Source: Eledone cirrhosa
Taxonomy: Eukaryota
Direction: 5' to 3'
Length of the DNA stretch: 64,000 bases
NCBI GenBank assembly: GCA_964016885.1
Contig: OZ024741.1
Coordinates: 256,060,001-256,124,000, forward strand
The notes beneath the pieces were generated by a model. That model saw only the letters and a program-made list of their open reading frames with translations. It searched no databases and was not told the DNA's origin. Positions 63,971 to 64,000 of the stretch are shown piece after piece. The stretch's first letter is position 1; each line of letters opens with the position of its first letter. The position numbers and the translations under genes were made by a program.

Positions 63971-64000
63971 AAATAACAAATAGACGCGGTTTCAAATCTC
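63971..64000 (+). repeat. AT-rich island copy 27 (truncated by window edge)
   Basis: AAATAACAAATAGACGCGGTTTCAAATCTC. Confidence 0.95.

Larger units (their letters stand above)
1..64000 (+). repeat. Tandem satellite DNA array, 16-bp monomer GACTTACGAGTGTTTC, head-to-tail, running off both window edges
   Basis: The monomer is visible throughout, with common variants TTTTGA/TTCTGA/TTCCGA, GGCTT, TACGGG, TATGAG, TACGAA and GACAT, and length variants of 8, 14, 15 and 17 bp. No reverse-complement monomers (GAAACACTCGTAAGTC) were seen. Confidence 0.99.
55860..64000 (+). repeat. 4947-bp offset duplication with a nested 1447-bp tandem duplication (approx. 58075-59520 vs 59520-60910)
   Basis: Offsets 56022/60969, 57433/62380 and 58610/63557 (4947); 58203/59650 and 59055/60502 (1447). 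Shared TTTTGGGTTACG and CTTAACAG variants. Confidence 0.9.

Noticed and set aside
1-64000. CRISPR array (GTTTC-starting repeats; island GTTTCAAAT resembles some CRISPR repeat starts)
   Set aside because: There are no unique spacers, the monomers abut directly, the islands are separated by 0.7-7.7 kb of satellite, and no cas genes are present.
1-64000. Synthetic or sequencing-artefact low-complexity sequence
   Set aside because: The hierarchical, heritable variant patterns and allele-bearing islands are typical of a real evolving satellite, although individual duplications still need read validation.

Overview
The whole 64 kb is one uninterrupted, single-orientation satellite array built on a 16-bp monomer (consensus GACTTACGAGTGTTTC, about 44% GC, two CpGs; roughly 3,900 copies). 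I see no genuine genes, RNA genes or CRISPR array. The ORF track is an artefact: the + strand consensus has no stop codon in any frame, while the - strand has TAA in every monomer. The only non-satellite DNA is a conserved 69-bp AT-rich island, present 26 times plus one truncated copy at the right edge. It is always in the same orientation, usually in the same flanking monomer context, and irregularly spaced (705-7712 bp). Variant monomers form recurring modules that are shuffled and re-amplified in nested higher-order repeats (offsets 223, 303, 454, 705, 1447, 2533, ~2700, ~3020, 4947, 7168, 8454 and ~13,800 bp). This architecture suggests eukaryotic centromeric or heterochromatic satellite, but neither organism nor function can be established from the sequence. 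Best leads: (i) the island and its cassette, with a minus-strand TATA-like box, twin TTTCAAAT motifs and a palindrome-perfecting allele; (ii) the resemblance of the monomer to pogo/Tigger terminal-repeat motifs and to a shortened CENP-B box. All coordinates were read by eye or from ORF-track offsets, so duplication boundaries are approximate.
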